A DNA stretch of 64,000 nucleotides from an uncultured Candidatus Saccharibacteria bacterium (GTDB lineage: Bacteria; Patescibacteriota; Minisyncoccia; Phycocordibacterales; UBA9973). Positions 44,710 to 55,441 of this stretch are shown one piece after another. The DNA lies in the NCBI GenBank assembly GCA_964625065.1, contig CAZUZL010000005.1, positions 2,072 through 66,071 of the forward strand, written 5' to 3'. Position 1 is the stretch's first letter, and every line of letters starts with the position of its first letter. The position numbers were made by a program, and so were the translations under genes. Below the pieces are notes generated by a model. It was not told the DNA's origin and did no database searches. It saw only the letters and a program-made list of their open reading frames with translations.

Positions 44710-47700
44710 ATGCAAGATATCGCACAACGACCAAAGAAGTATTTTTCTAAATACAAGGCACCATTGGTACCTTTTCCTGACTTGATCGAAAACCAAGTTA
44801 ATTCATATAAATGGTTAATCGAAAAAGGTCTATCAGAAGTTTTTGCCGAGTTTTCTCCTATTAAAGATTATTCAGAGAAAAAGTTCGACCTTGAGTTTGC
44901 TTCGTTTTCAGTAGGTGAACCTAAGTACACCGAGGCACATGCCAAAGAAAACAAGTTAACATACGAAGCGTCAATAAAGGCCCGCGTTAAGCTTATCAAT
45001 AAAACAATGGGTTCTACAAAGGAACAAGAAATTTTCCTTTCTGATATCCCACTAATGACCCCACACGGTACATTCATCATCAACGGTGTTGAACGTGTTA
45101 TCGTTCCACAACTTGCACGTTCTGCAGGTGTGTTCTTCGTTGACCAAGAAATGAAGGGCAAGATAATGTTCGGCGCAAAGATAATTCCTGCCCGCGGTGT
45201 ATGGCTTGAAATAGAATCTGAAGCAGACGGTACACTAGCTGTACGTATAGACAAAAAGCGAAAGTTCTCAATCCTTTCACTGCTACGCGTTATGGGCTAC
45301 CATACCGACGAACAAATTTTGGCTTTATTTGCCGGCTCACCCCACGAAAATATCGTTAAACTTGCTATAGAAAAAGACACTACTAAAACAGTGCACGATG
45401 CATATATAGAAATATACAAACGTCTACGCGACGGCGACCTAGCTACTGCAGACAACGCCAAGGAACATGTAGATTCATTGTTTACTAAAACACGCTACGA
45501 TATATCACCAGTTGGACGTTTTCGACTTAACCAACAGTTCGGTGGTCCAGTTGATGAAAAAGCCCTACAACAACGTGTACTAACCAAGGAAGATGTAGTT
45601 GCTATAATGAAGCACACATTAGACCTAAACATCAACCCTGATGCTCGTCCAGAAGATATCGACCACCTTTCAAAGCGACGTGTTAAATTCGTAGGCGAAA
45701 TGATGCAAGCTAAAATACGTGTTGGTATGACACAGATCAAGCGTAACGTTCAAGACAGAATGTCTGTTATCGAATCTGACAACACACTACCTATGAACGT
45801 TGTTAACCAACGTCCACTACAGGCACGTATTAAAGAATTCTTTACTACAAACCAACTTTCACAGTTCATGGACCAAGAAAACGTTTTGGCTGAAACTGAA
45901 CACTTGCGTCGTTTGTCAGCGCTAGGGCCCGGCGGTCTAACACGCGAACGCGCATCACTAGAAGTTCGCGACGTGCACACTAGTCACTACGGACGTATTT
46001 GTCCTATTGAAACACCTGAAGGTGCAAACATTGGTTTGGTTGTACACTTAGCTACATATTCACGTATTAACGAGTTCGGTATTATCGAAACTCCTTACAT
46101 GAAAGTTAAAAAAGGCACACTTACAGGTGAAGTTGTTTACTTAAACGCGTTAGAAGAAGAACGTTACAACATTGCACATGCCCAGAACGACCGCAACGAA
46201 GCTGGTACATTTACCAACAAAAAAGTTGCTGGACGTTTAAAAACTATTCCAGGTCTTATGGACAAAGACGATGTAGAATTTATAGACATTGCTACAAACC
46301 AACCTTTCTCTATTGCAGCTTCTATGATTCCATTCCTAGACCACGATGATGCAAACCGTACTCTGATGGGATCAAACATGCAACGCCAAGCTGTGCCATG
46401 TCTACGCCCCGAAGCACCACTAGTTGCAACTGGTATGGAAGCACTAGCATCTAAAGACTCTGGCCGTGTTATCGTAGCTGGTACAGAAGGTACTGTGTCA
46501 TATGTAGACGGAAAGAAAATAATAATTACAGACAAAAAAGACGAAAAACATACATACACACTAACTGCGTTTTCAAGAACAAACAGTTTCTCTGTATTCC
46601 ACCAACGCCCTATAGTTTCGTTCGGTGAAAAGGTTAAAAAAGGTCAAGTTATAGCCGACACTAGTTCTACTTCAGGTGGACAAATGGCACTTGGTCAAAA
46701 CGCATTGGTAGCATTCATGGTATGGAACGGCCAGAACTACGAAGACGCGATAATTATTTCAGAACGTCTAGTTAAGAATTCTAAATTCAGTACAATACAC
46801 ATCGAAGAATACGAATGTACAGTTCGTGACACTAAACTTGGCGCTGAAGTTACTACACGCGACATTCCAAACGTTGGTGAAATCAAGTTGAAAGATCTAG
46901 ACGAAGAAGGTGTTGTACGTGTTGGTGCAGAACTTCGCGAATCAGACATACTGGTTGGTAAAATTACTCCAAAAGGCGAAACAGAACTTACTCCAGAAGA
47001 AAGACTGCTTCGTTCAATATTCGCGGAAAAAGCTCGCGATGTGAAGGACACATCTCTACGTATGGACAAAGGTACACGCGGTCGTGTTATCGGTGTTAAA
47101 ATATTCTCTCGTGAAGGAGGACATAACTTGGAATCAGGTGTTATTAAGAAAATCGTTATTGAAGTTGCACAAGTTCGTAACGTATCAGTAGGTGACAAAC
47201 TTGCTGGACGCCACGGTAACAAGGGTGTTATTTCAGTTGTACTTCCAGAAGAAGACATGCCATACATGGCAGACGGACGCCCAGTAGACGTTGTACTAAC
47301 ACCACTTGGTGTTCCATCACGTATGAACTTGGGTCAGATTTTGGAACTTCACTTAGGTATGGCTGCAGAACTAAACGGCTACCAAGCAGTGGTACCAGTG
47401 TTCGGTGGCGCAACAGTAGAAGAAATCCAAAAGGAACTAGTTACAGGTGGTTTCCCAGAATCAGGACGTATACCACTATACGACGGACGCACTGGTGAAA
47501 AATTCAACAACGACATTTCAGTAGGTTACATGTATATTCTAAAACTTCACCACATGGTTGAAGACAAACTACACATGCGTTCTATTGGTTCGTATTCACT
47601 TATTACTCAGCAACCACTAGGCGGTAAAGCACAAGGTGGTGGACAAAGATTCGGAGAAATGGAAGTCTGGGCACTAGAAGGTTACGGAGCAGCACACATG

Positions 47701-47877
47701 TTACGCGAAATGATTACAGTTAAGTCAGACGACATTGTCGGACGTTCAGAAACATTCGACGCTATTATCAAAGGCGAACCACTACGCGCACCAAACGCAC
47801 CAGCATCGTTTACAGTTATGTTGAACTACCTACGAGGTCTAGCGCTTAATGTCGATCTAAAGAAAAAGATTAAATAA
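44710..47877 (+). CDS. rpoB: DNA-directed RNA polymerase subunit beta (compact, 1055 aa)
   Basis: Conserved blocks throughout, for example GRHGNKGVIS, the rifampicin region, and the C-terminal LNVDLKK. Confidence 0.97.
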   Translation: MQDIAQRPKKYFSKYKAPLVPFPDLIENQVNSYKWLIEKGLSEVFAEFSPIKDYSEKKFDLEFASFSVGEPKYTEAHAKENKLTYEASIKARVKLINKTMGSTKEQEIFLSDIPLMTPHGTFIINGVERVIVPQLARSAGVFFVDQEMKGKIMFGAKIIPARGVWLEIESEADGTLAVRIDKKRKFSILSLLRVMGYHTDEQILALFAGSPHENIVKLAIEKDTTKTVHDAYIEIYKRLRDGDLATADNAKEHVDSLFTKTRYDISPVGRFRLNQQFGGPVDEKALQQRVLTKEDVVAIMKHTLDLNINPDARPEDIDHLSKRRVKFVGEMMQAKIRVGMTQIKRNVQDRMSVIESDNTLPMNVVNQRPLQARIKEFFTTNQLSQFMDQENVLAETEHLRRLSALGPGGLTRERASLEVRDVHTSHYGRICPIETPEGANIGLVVHLATYSRINEFGIIETPYMKVKKGTLTGEVVYLNALEEERYNIAHAQNDRNEAGTFTNKKVAGRLKTIPGLMDKDDVEFIDIATNQPFSIAASMIPFLDHDDANRTLMGSNMQRQAVPCLRPEAPLVATGMEALASKDSGRVIVAGTEGTVSYVDGKKIIITDKKDEKHTYTLTAFSRTNSFSVFHQRPIVSFGEKVKKGQVIADTSSTSGGQMALGQNALVAFMVWNGQNYEDAIIISERLVKNSKFSTIHIEEYECTVRDTKLGAEVTTRDIPNVGEIKLKDLDEEGVVRVGAELRESDILVGKITPKGETELTPEERLLRSIFAEKARDVKDTSLRMDKGTRGRVIGVKIFSREGGHNLESGVIKKIVIEVAQVRNVSVGDKLAGRHGNKGVISVVLPEEDMPYMADGRPVDVVLTPLGVPSRMNLGQILELHLGMAAELNGYQAVVPVFGGATVEEIQKELVTGGFPESGRIPLYDGRTGEKFNNDISVGYMYILKLHHMVEDKLHMRSIGSYSLITQQPLGGKAQGGGQRFGEMEVWALEGYGAAHMLREMITVKSDDIVGRSETFDAIIKGEPLRAPNAPASFTVMLNYLRGLALNVDLKKKIK

Positions 47878-47894
47878 TCTAACACGTAATAATT

Positions 47895-50800
47895 ATGAAA
47901 ACATTTGATACAACAAATTTCAATAGTATCGGCATATCGTTGGCTAGCCCAGAACAAATGCTGGAATGGTCATACGGTGAAGTTACAAAGCCTGAAACTA
48001 TAAACTACCGAACTAGTCGCGCTGAACGCGGTGGCTTGTTCGACGAACGTATATTCGGTCCAGAAAAAGACTACGAATGTTACTGTGGTAAATACAAACG
48101 CATCCGTTACGCAGGTATAATCTGTGAAAAATGTGGAGTTGAAGTTACTAAGGCCATCGTTCGTCGTGAACGCATGGGCCACATCGAACTTGCTGCACCT
48201 GTTGCGCATATATGGTTCCTAAAGGGTGTGCCTTCACGTATGGCACTTGTACTTGGTATTCAGGCACAAGACCTTGAAAAAGTGGTTTACTTTGCAGGTT
48301 ACATTGTAACTAAAATAGACCAAGCTGAAAAAGAACGCATACTGCACGACCTAGACACTGAATTTAAATCAAAAACAAAAATGTCTGCAGACGAAGACAC
48401 TCGTGGTAAACTTCGCGACTTGTTTGCACAAGCTAAAAAAGAAGTTACAGAAATAGTGCAAGGTAAAGTTCTAAACGAAATAAACTACCACCACTATTCT
48501 CTAAAATATGGTTCATGTTTCGAAGCCTCAATCGGTGCTGAATCTATATACGAAATATTTAAAAACACAGACCTAGTTAAACTTAAAGAAAAACTAGAAA
48601 CAGATCTACCAAAAACAAACAGCCTAGACCGCGAACGTACACAGAAACGTCTAGCGTTGGTACGTTCTATGGTAACTGCAAAGGTACGCCCTGAATGGAT
48701 GTTCCTAAAAGTTATACCAATTATTCCACCAAACTTGCGCCCAATGGTAGCCCTAGAAGGTGGCCGCCATGCAACATCAGACCTAAACGACCTATACCGT
48801 CGCGTTATAAACCGAAACAACCGTCTGAAAAAACTTAAAGAAATAGGTGCCCCAGACGTAATTCTACGTAACGAAAAACGTATATTGCAGGAAGCTGTAG
48901 ATGCACTAATAGACAACAACAGTGGTTCAGCTGGTGGTGCTGCAGTTAGTCAGTCACAAAAACGTGCATTGAAGTCACTGTCTGACAACCTACGTTCTAA
49001 ACAAGGTTTGTTCCGTCAAAACTTGCTTGGTAAACGTGTAGACTACTCAGCCCGTTCAGTTATTGTGGTTGGTCCACAACTTAAACTTAGTCAATGTGGT
49101 CTACCCAAGGAAATGGCATTGGAACTTTTCCGCCCATTCGTAATATCTAAAATCCTTGCTCGCGAACTAGCATTTAACATTCGTGGTGCAAACAAACTTA
49201 TCGAAGAACGCACAGCAGAAGTGTGGGCAATACTAGACGAAGTTATCGAAGGTAAATTCGTGTTAGTTAACCGTGCACCTACACTGCACCGCCTATCTAT
49301 ACAGGCTTTCAACCCAGTGTTGATCGAAGGTAAGGCTATACAACTACACCCATTAGTATGTACAGGTTTCAACGCCGACTTCGATGGCGACCAGATGGCC
49401 GTGCACCTACCACTTTCAGTTGAAGCTCAAGCTGAAGCTGGCAACCTAATGGCTGCAACTAAAAACCTACTTAAACCTGCAAACGGCGACCCTATTGCAA
49501 CAGCAAAACTACTCGACATTATTTTGGGTACATACTGGATGACAAAAAACATCGAAGGTGAAAAAGGTGAAGGTTCAGTATTTTCATCACCTAACGAAGC
49601 ATTGTTAGCGTATGACTTTGGACATATAACATTCCATTCATTGATAAAAGTTCGTGGCGACAGTCGTTCTAAATTTGCACCATTTGAAGGTACACTAATA
49701 GAAACAACTGTTGGACGAATATTGTTCAACAACATTTTCCCAGAAGACTTCCGTTACATTAACGAAGAAATGACAACTAAAAAAGTTCAGGCATTAGTAG
49801 ATGCATTTATTACTTCATATGGTTTCGATTCCGCACCTAAACTTCTAGACGCCATCAAAGATTTCGGTTACCGTTATGCAACTATATCAGGCCACAGTTG
49901 GGCAATAGATTCTGTACGTATTCCAGAAAAGAAACAAGAAGTTGTTGCGGTTTATCAAAAGAAAAACGATGAATTATTTGCTCAACATGCAGAAGGTCTA
50001 ATTTCAGAAGACGAAAAATACCAGAAATTCCAAGAAATATGGAACGAATGTAAAAAAGAAGTTGAAAAACTTCTACCAGCAACTCTTGATTTGCGCGGTT
50101 CATATAACGACATGTACAAGTCAGGCGCACGTGGATCATTAAACAACATGACGCAGATGGTAGGTATGAAGGGTCTGATTCAAAACAACCAGGGTCGCAT
50201 TATCGAATTCCCAGTTATACCGTCATATATCGAAGGTTTGTCACCTGTAGAATACTTTATTACTACACACGGTTCACGTAAGGGTCTTTCAGACACCGCA
50301 CTTAACACTGCAAAGGCAGGTTACCTAACACGTCGTTTGGTTGACGTTGCTCAAGATGTAACAATAACTACAGCAGACTGTGGCACTAAGGAAGGTAAAA
50401 CTATACGTAAACAAATAATATCAGGTTTGGAAATACCACTATCTAAAGGTCTAGCCGGACGTGTATTGTTAGAAGACATTAAAAACGCCGAAGGTGTAAC
50501 AATGTACAAAAAAGGTACATTAATAATGAAAGACGAAGCTGTTAAAATAGAAAAAGCAGGTATCGAATCTGTAAAAGTTCGCACACCACTTTCATGTAAA
50601 AATACATACGGTATTTGTCAGCTTTGTTATGGTCTAGACTTTGGACGTAACCACCTAGTAAACATCGGTGAAGCTGTTGGTATAGTTGCCGGCCAAGCTA
50701 TCGGTGAACCAGGTACACAGCTAACACTACGTACATTCCACCAAGGTGGAGTTGCGGGTCTGGACATTACAGCGGGTCTACCACGTGTCGAAGAAATCTT

Positions 50801-51545
50801 TGAAAAACGTGCACCGAAAAACCACGCTATTGTTTCTAAAACAGCAGGTGAAGTTATAGAAATAAAAGACAACGGTAAAGAAAAAATAGTTACTGTACTG
50901 TCAGATACAAAGTTCGACGGCAAGTCAAACACTATCGAATACAGTGTAACATTCCCACGCTCAGTTGTAGTTTCAAAAGGTCAACGTGTTGTAGCTGGCG
51001 GACTATTGTCAGACGGATCTGCATTGATCGACGACATTTTTGCTGCAGGTGGCAAAGAAATGGCTCAAGAATACATTATTCATGAAATTGCAAAAGTGTA
51101 CGAAGTGCAAGGTGCATCTATTGCCCCTAAGCATATCGAAATAGTTATACGTCAAATGTTCTCTCGTGTACGTATAACTGACGCCGGCGACACTGTTCTA
51201 ACACCAGGCACTGTTATTGAAAACTTTGAAATGTTAGAAGAAAACGTTCGCGCCAAAGCCCAAGGTCTACGTGAAGCAAAAGGCGACATGATAGTTCTAG
51301 GCATAACAACAACAGCACTTGAAACTAAGAGTTGGTTGTCTGCTGCGTCATTCCAACACACAAACCGTATATTGATAAACAATGCACTACGTGGTGGCGA
51401 CGACGACCTACGTGGTTTGAAAGAAAACGTTATTGTTGGTCGACTGATTCCTGCAGGTACAGGGTTCGGCAAACAAGGGCTGACACACTTAGACGAAGTT
51501 AAAGAAGACGTTGCTGAAACAGAAACTACTAACGAGGTAGAATAG
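47895..51545 (+). CDS. rpoC: DNA-directed RNA polymerase subunit beta' (1216 aa)
   Basis: Zn finger CYCGKYKRIRYAGIICEKCGVEV and the catalytic NADFDGDQMAVH. Confidence 0.97.
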   Translation: MKTFDTTNFNSIGISLASPEQMLEWSYGEVTKPETINYRTSRAERGGLFDERIFGPEKDYECYCGKYKRIRYAGIICEKCGVEVTKAIVRRERMGHIELAAPVAHIWFLKGVPSRMALVLGIQAQDLEKVVYFAGYIVTKIDQAEKERILHDLDTEFKSKTKMSADEDTRGKLRDLFAQAKKEVTEIVQGKVLNEINYHHYSLKYGSCFEASIGAESIYEIFKNTDLVKLKEKLETDLPKTNSLDRERTQKRLALVRSMVTAKVRPEWMFLKVIPIIPPNLRPMVALEGGRHATSDLNDLYRRVINRNNRLKKLKEIGAPDVILRNEKRILQEAVDALIDNNSGSAGGAAVSQSQKRALKSLSDNLRSKQGLFRQNLLGKRVDYSARSVIVVGPQLKLSQCGLPKEMALELFRPFVISKILARELAFNIRGANKLIEERTAEVWAILDEVIEGKFVLVNRAPTLHRLSIQAFNPVLIEGKAIQLHPLVCTGFNADFDGDQMAVHLPLSVEAQAEAGNLMAATKNLLKPANGDPIATAKLLDIILGTYWMTKNIEGEKGEGSVFSSPNEALLAYDFGHITFHSLIKVRGDSRSKFAPFEGTLIETTVGRILFNNIFPEDFRYINEEMTTKKVQALVDAFITSYGFDSAPKLLDAIKDFGYRYATISGHSWAIDSVRIPEKKQEVVAVYQKKNDELFAQHAEGLISEDEKYQKFQEIWNECKKEVEKLLPATLDLRGSYNDMYKSGARGSLNNMTQMVGMKGLIQNNQGRIIEFPVIPSYIEGLSPVEYFITTHGSRKGLSDTALNTAKAGYLTRRLVDVAQDVTITTADCGTKEGKTIRKQIISGLEIPLSKGLAGRVLLEDIKNAEGVTMYKKGTLIMKDEAVKIEKAGIESVKVRTPLSCKNTYGICQLCYGLDFGRNHLVNIGEAVGIVAGQAIGEPGTQLTLRTFHQGGVAGLDITAGLPRVEEIFEKRAPKNHAIVSKTAGEVIEIKDNGKEKIVTVLSDTKFDGKSNTIEYSVTFPRSVVVSKGQRVVAGGLLSDGSALIDDIFAAGGKEMAQEYIIHEIAKVYEVQGASIAPKHIEIVIRQMFSRVRITDAGDTVLTPGTVIENFEMLEENVRAKAQGLREAKGDMIVLGITTTALETKSWLSAASFQHTNRILINNALRGGDDDLRGLKENVIVGRLIPAGTGFGKQGLTHLDEVKEDVAETETTNEVE

Positions 51546-51546
51546 T

Positions 51547-53226
51547 ATGACGTCTGCAGTTACCCAGATAAAGGAACGACTTGGTATTGTCGAAGTCATT
51601 TCAACGTATATTGCGGTTAACCAGGCGGGTAGACAGTTTCGTGCAAGGTGTCCTTTCCATTCAGAAAAAACAGCCTCGTTCTACATATCACCAGAAAGAA
51701 ATTCGTACCATTGTTTCGGTTGTAGTAAAGGTGGCGACATTTTTACATTCGTCGAAGATATGGAAGGTGTAACTTTCAAAGAAGCATTAAAAATTCTTGC
51801 TGACCGTGCAGGTGTAGTACTGGACGACTATGTACACACAGTAGACGACACAGCGGTACTGTATTCTATATTAGAAAAGTCTAAACAATATTTTGTTAGC
51901 CAAAATATAGAAGCTTCAAAAAAATATGTATCAGACCGAGGTATAACACAAAAAACTACTGAACATTTTCAAATAGGGTATGCCCCTAACGAATGGCGTA
52001 GTTTAGTTGAACACCTGTGTAAAAACGGTTTCAAAGATGCAGACATTGTTAGGTCTGGCATGGCCATAGAAACAGAACGTGGTATATACGACCGTTTCCG
52101 TGGGCGTGTAATGTTTCCGATAAACGACACACAGGGCAGGGCAGTTGGTTTCTCAGGGCGTATACTACCAGTGTACGATGTGCCTGGTAAAAGCGGGGAC
52201 AAACCAGCCAAATACATAAATTCTCCGGAAACAGATTTGTACCATAAATCTACAATACTGTATGGTTATGACAAAGCCAAAAACGCATTGCGCACCAGTG
52301 GGTATGCAATTGTGGTTGAAGGTCAAATGGACTTGGTTCTGTCGCATCAGGCTGGGTTTGAACAAACTTTAGCTGTATCAGGTACCGCATTAACTAATAC
52401 CCACCTTGATCTGATAGGTAGGTTTACAAAGAAAATTTTATTTTCTTTTGACGGCGACGAAGCTGGTATAAAAGCATTAAAACGCAGTGTAGAAGAAGCA
52501 CTAGCTAAAGACTTTGACATAAGGGTTGTAAAAGTTCCAGTAGGTAAAGACCCGGCAGATATTATTTCTACAGACCCCGAAGAATGGAAAAATATAGTAA
52601 GTCAGTCTACATCTATAATAGAATACTTGTTACTACACTATGCAAAAAAACATACAGATATTCGTGAATTCAGAAACATAGTAGACAAAGAAGTCTTGCC
52701 TTATGTTAGGTCTATAAACAAATCTATAGACCGTGCGCACTTTATAAACTTAGTTTCCAGAGCTGTAGATTTGCCCGACGCTGTTATAGCAAAAGCCGTA
52801 CAGGAAATAAGTTTAGCGCCCCGTGCTGTAGAAAACGACTTACCTAAAAAAGAAAACCTTTCTGCTGAAACCATACTGTTAGGTTTAATATCTTTAGAAA
52901 AAGAATCGTACCCATTACTAAACGGCGTTTCAATAGAAAAACTGTTTAGCCAGTATATGGACCTGTCAGTAGACGAATGGAAAATAACAATGGAATCTGT
53001 CGATGCGGGTTACGCAAGTTCAGTTGCAGAATATTTGTTGCTACAAACCGAAGACCACGCAATGCAGTTTGTATCTGACAATGTAATGAAGGTTGCAGAA
53101 AAAAGGTTGTTCCAAGCCCTGTCGCACTTAAAAAAACAAGGTTTGGGTACACCAGAGGAAATGCATTTGTTTACAGACCTGACTCGACGGGTCGACAATA
53201 TTAAAAAAGATCGTCATAATGTATAA
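51547..53226 (+). CDS. dnaG: DNA primase DnaG
   Basis: CHC2 zinc finger [11 protein letters not shown]...[11 protein letters not shown], the RNA-polymerase domain, and the TOPRIM motifs EGQMD and DGDEAG. Confidence 0.9.
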   Translation: MTSAVTQIKERLGIVEVISTYIAVNQAGRQFRARCPFHSEKTASFYISPERNSYHCFGCSKGGDIFTFVEDMEGVTFKEALKILADRAGVVLDDYVHTVDDTAVLYSILEKSKQYFVSQNIEASKKYVSDRGITQKTTEHFQIGYAPNEWRSLVEHLCKNGFKDADIVRSGMAIETERGIYDRFRGRVMFPINDTQGRAVGFSGRILPVYDVPGKSGDKPAKYINSPETDLYHKSTILYGYDKAKNALRTSGYAIVVEGQMDLVLSHQAGFEQTLAVSGTALTNTHLDLIGRFTKKILFSFDGDEAGIKALKRSVEEALAKDFDIRVVKVPVGKDPADIISTDPEEWKNIVSQSTSIIEYLLLHYAKKHTDIREFRNIVDKEVLPYVRSINKSIDRAHFINLVSRAVDLPDAVIAKAVQEISLAPRAVENDLPKKENLSAETILLGLISLEKESYPLLNGVSIEKLFSQYMDLSVDEWKITMESVDAGYASSVAEYLLLQTEDHAMQFVSDNVMKVAEKRLFQALSHLKKQGLGTPEEMHLFTDLTRRVDNIKKDRHNV

Positions 53227-54598
53227 TATGAAATCAAAATCAACAAAAAAGATCGTAAAAAAACCAGCCCGACAAAGTCATTCTGGCGGGGTTGTTAAAA
53301 AACCTGTAAAAAAGCCAGCCCGACCGAGTCATTCTGGCGGGGTTGTTAAAAAAACAGCACCTAAAAAAGTTGTTAAAAAAACAGTTGCAAAAAAACCAGC
53401 CCGACCGAGTCATTCTGGCGGGGTTGTAAAAAAACAACCAGCTAAAAAAATAGCGCCTAAAAAACCTGTCCGAACTACTGGCGGAGTTGTTTCAAAATCT
53501 AATTCTAAAAAAACAAAAGCACAACTTACAACAGAACTGTTAGAAAAACAATCAAATATTTTAGTCGAAAAGGGTAGAAAGCGAGGTTTCATAACCTTCG
53601 ACGAAATACTTAAAACTTTTCCTGATATTGAAAACAATGTTCTGTTTTTAGACGAACTTTATGAAAAGCTTTCAACTGTAGGTGTCGACGTACTAGAAGG
53701 TGGTAACTTGCTAGATGTTGACGCTGAAGTAAAAGAAATAATTACCGGCAGACACCATGACCCGTCTTACGATTCTATACAAATATACCTTAAGGAAATA
53801 GGTCAATACCCGTTGATATCTTCTGCAGAAGAACGCAACCTAGCAAAACGCATCGAAGTGGGCGACAACGAAGCTAAAAATTTGTTGGCACGCGCAAACT
53901 TGCGTTTGGTTGTGTCTATTGCTAAAAAATACCAAAACCGCAGTGCAGACCTATCTTTACTTGACCTGATACAGGAAGGTAACATAGGTTTGTTCAAAGC
54001 CGTAGAAAAGTTCGACTGGCATAAAGGTTATAAATTCAGTACATATGCAACATGGTGGATACGCCAATCTATAACTCGTGCATTAGCCGACCAGTCTAGA
54101 ACAATACGTATACCTGTGCACATGGTTGAAACTATTTCTAAATACAAACAAGTTTACCGACGCCTTTCACAGGACCTAGGCCGCGAACCACTGGCCGAAG
54201 AAATAGCTACAGAAATGGGTGTTGAAGTTGAAAAAATTCATGTTATCGAACAAATCAGTCAAGAAACAACATCACTAGAAAAACCAATAGGTGACGACGA
54301 AGACAAATCTACACTAGGCGAATTTATTCCTGATGAAAAAATTCTACGCCCAGACCAAGACGCTTCACGCCGTATACTTTCTGACCAGATACACGAAGTT
54401 TTGGCAGAACTTTCACCGAAGGAACAAAAGATTCTAGAAATGCGTTATGGTTTACACGACGGTGTACAACATACATTAGAAGAAGTAGGTAAAGAATTTG
54501 GTGTTACTCGCGAACGTATTCGTCAGATCGAAGCCAAAGTCCACGACAAACTTCGAAGTAATGAAAAAATAATGCGCTTAAAAAATTATTTTGATTAA
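53219..54598 (+). CDS. rpoD: RNA polymerase sigma factor RpoD (sigma-70) with a Lys-rich N-terminal repeat region
   Basis: Regions 1.2 to 4 are present ([53 protein letters not shown]). The N-terminus has three copies of KKPAR(Q/P)SHSGGVVKK. Confidence 0.9.
   Translation: MYNMKSKSTKKIVKKPARQSHSGGVVKKPVKKPARPSHSGGVVKKTAPKKVVKKTVAKKPARPSHSGGVVKKQPAKKIAPKKPVRTTGGVVSKSNSKKTKAQLTTELLEKQSNILVEKGRKRGFITFDEILKTFPDIENNVLFLDELYEKLSTVGVDVLEGGNLLDVDAEVKEIITGRHHDPSYDSIQIYLKEIGQYPLISSAEERNLAKRIEVGDNEAKNLLARANLRLVVSIAKKYQNRSADLSLLDLIQEGNIGLFKAVEKFDWHKGYKFSTYATWWIRQSITRALADQSRTIRIPVHMVETISKYKQVYRRLSQDLGREPLAEEIATEMGVEVEKIHVIEQISQETTSLEKPIGDDEDKSTLGEFIPDEKILRPDQDASRRILSDQIHEVLAELSPKEQKILEMRYGLHDGVQHTLEEVGKEFGVTRERIRQIEAKVHDKLRSNEKIMRLKNYFD
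53264..53423 (+). repeat. Three tandem copies of a GC-rich mini-element inside the 5' end of rpoD (ccagcccgac[a/c][a/g]agtcattctggcgggg at 53264-53291, 53315-53342 and 53396-53423)
   Basis: Near-identical 28-mers spaced 51 and 81 bp apart, in frame, each encoding KKPARxSHSGGVV. They are related to the pyrG and uvrD elements. Confidence 0.75.
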
Positions 54599-54610
54599 AA
54601 TACATAGAAC

Positions 54611-54651
54611 AAACAAATTCCCCACCAGTCAGACTGGTGGGGAATTTGTTT
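54611..54651. repeat. REP-like perfect palindrome, copy 1 (aaacaaattccccaccagtcagactggtggggaatttgttt)
   Basis: Perfect palindrome. Near-identical 31-bp cores occur at 55361-55391 and 56144-56174. Confidence 0.85.
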
Positions 54652-54668
54652 AGTGATATAATATTAAT

Positions 54669-55361
54669 ATGGGAACAAGAAAATTTCCACTTTGCGATAA
54701 TGAATATTTTCATTTATATAATCGTGGAAATAGCAAACAAAAGATATTTTTAGACGGTCAAGATTATGAGCATTTTATAAAGTGCATATTTGTTTGCAAT
54801 TCATATAAAAAGTATAAATTTAGAGACGATATTGTTGATCTCGGCATTGATGCTTTTGAGTTCGATAGAGCAGAGACAATCGTCTCTATAGGCGCATGGG
54901 TTTTAATGCCAAATCACTTTCATATCTACATTATAACGGCACATCAGTCAGATCGGTGGAAAGATTTAGAACGTAATAGAATTTCTGAATTTATGCGTAA
55001 AGTCTTAACTGCGTATAGTTTATATTTTAATAAAAAATATGAAAGAACCGGCGGTTTATTTGAAGGTGTATTTAAATCAATACACATTGGAAATGATAAT
55101 CAAGCAAAATATCTATTTTCTTATATACACTTAAATCCAATAAAGCTTATTCAAAAAGACTGGAAGGAAGTAGGAACAATAGATGTTAAAAAAGCACTAA
55201 AATTCTTAGAAGGTTATAAATGGAGTAGTTACATGGACTATAAGGGTATTATAAGGAAAGAAAATGCTATTTTAAACACAGAGTATTTTCCAAAATATTT
55301 TTCTGATATTAAAGATTTTGATAGGGAAATATTAAATTGGTTAGAATATAAAGAATTATAA
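54669..55361 (+). CDS. REP-associated tyrosine transposase (RAYT; IS200/IS605-like Y1 HUH transposase)
   Basis: HUH motif LMPNHFHIYI; catalytic Tyr region YLFSYIHLNPIK; YNRGN...IF; C-terminal WSSY. Flanked on both sides by the REP palindrome. Confidence 0.75.
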   Translation: MGTRKFPLCDNEYFHLYNRGNSKQKIFLDGQDYEHFIKCIFVCNSYKKYKFRDDIVDLGIDAFEFDRAETIVSIGAWVLMPNHFHIYIITAHQSDRWKDLERNRISEFMRKVLTAYSLYFNKKYERTGGLFEGVFKSIHIGNDNQAKYLFSYIHLNPIKLIQKDWKEVGTIDVKKALKFLEGYKWSSYMDYKGIIRKENAILNTEYFPKYFSDIKDFDREILNWLEYKEL

Positions 55362-55391
55362 ATTTCCCACCAGTCTGACTGGTGGGAAATT
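55361..55391. repeat. REP-like palindrome, copy 2 (aatttcccaccagtctgactggtgggaaatt)
   Basis: 31-bp palindrome between the RAYT and HNH genes. Confidence 0.85.
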
Positions 55392-55441
55392 GAAAAATAA
55401 AAATTGCTGCATATTTTAAAATAATATGATATGCTGCGACT

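Noticed and set aside
44868-51472. Many 60-176-aa ORFs antisense to or within rpoB and rpoC (for example 46737..47267-, 48494..48919-, 49427..49735-)
   Set aside because: They are embedded in highly conserved RNAP coding sequence, have low complexity and no motifs. They are typical spurious antisense ORFs.
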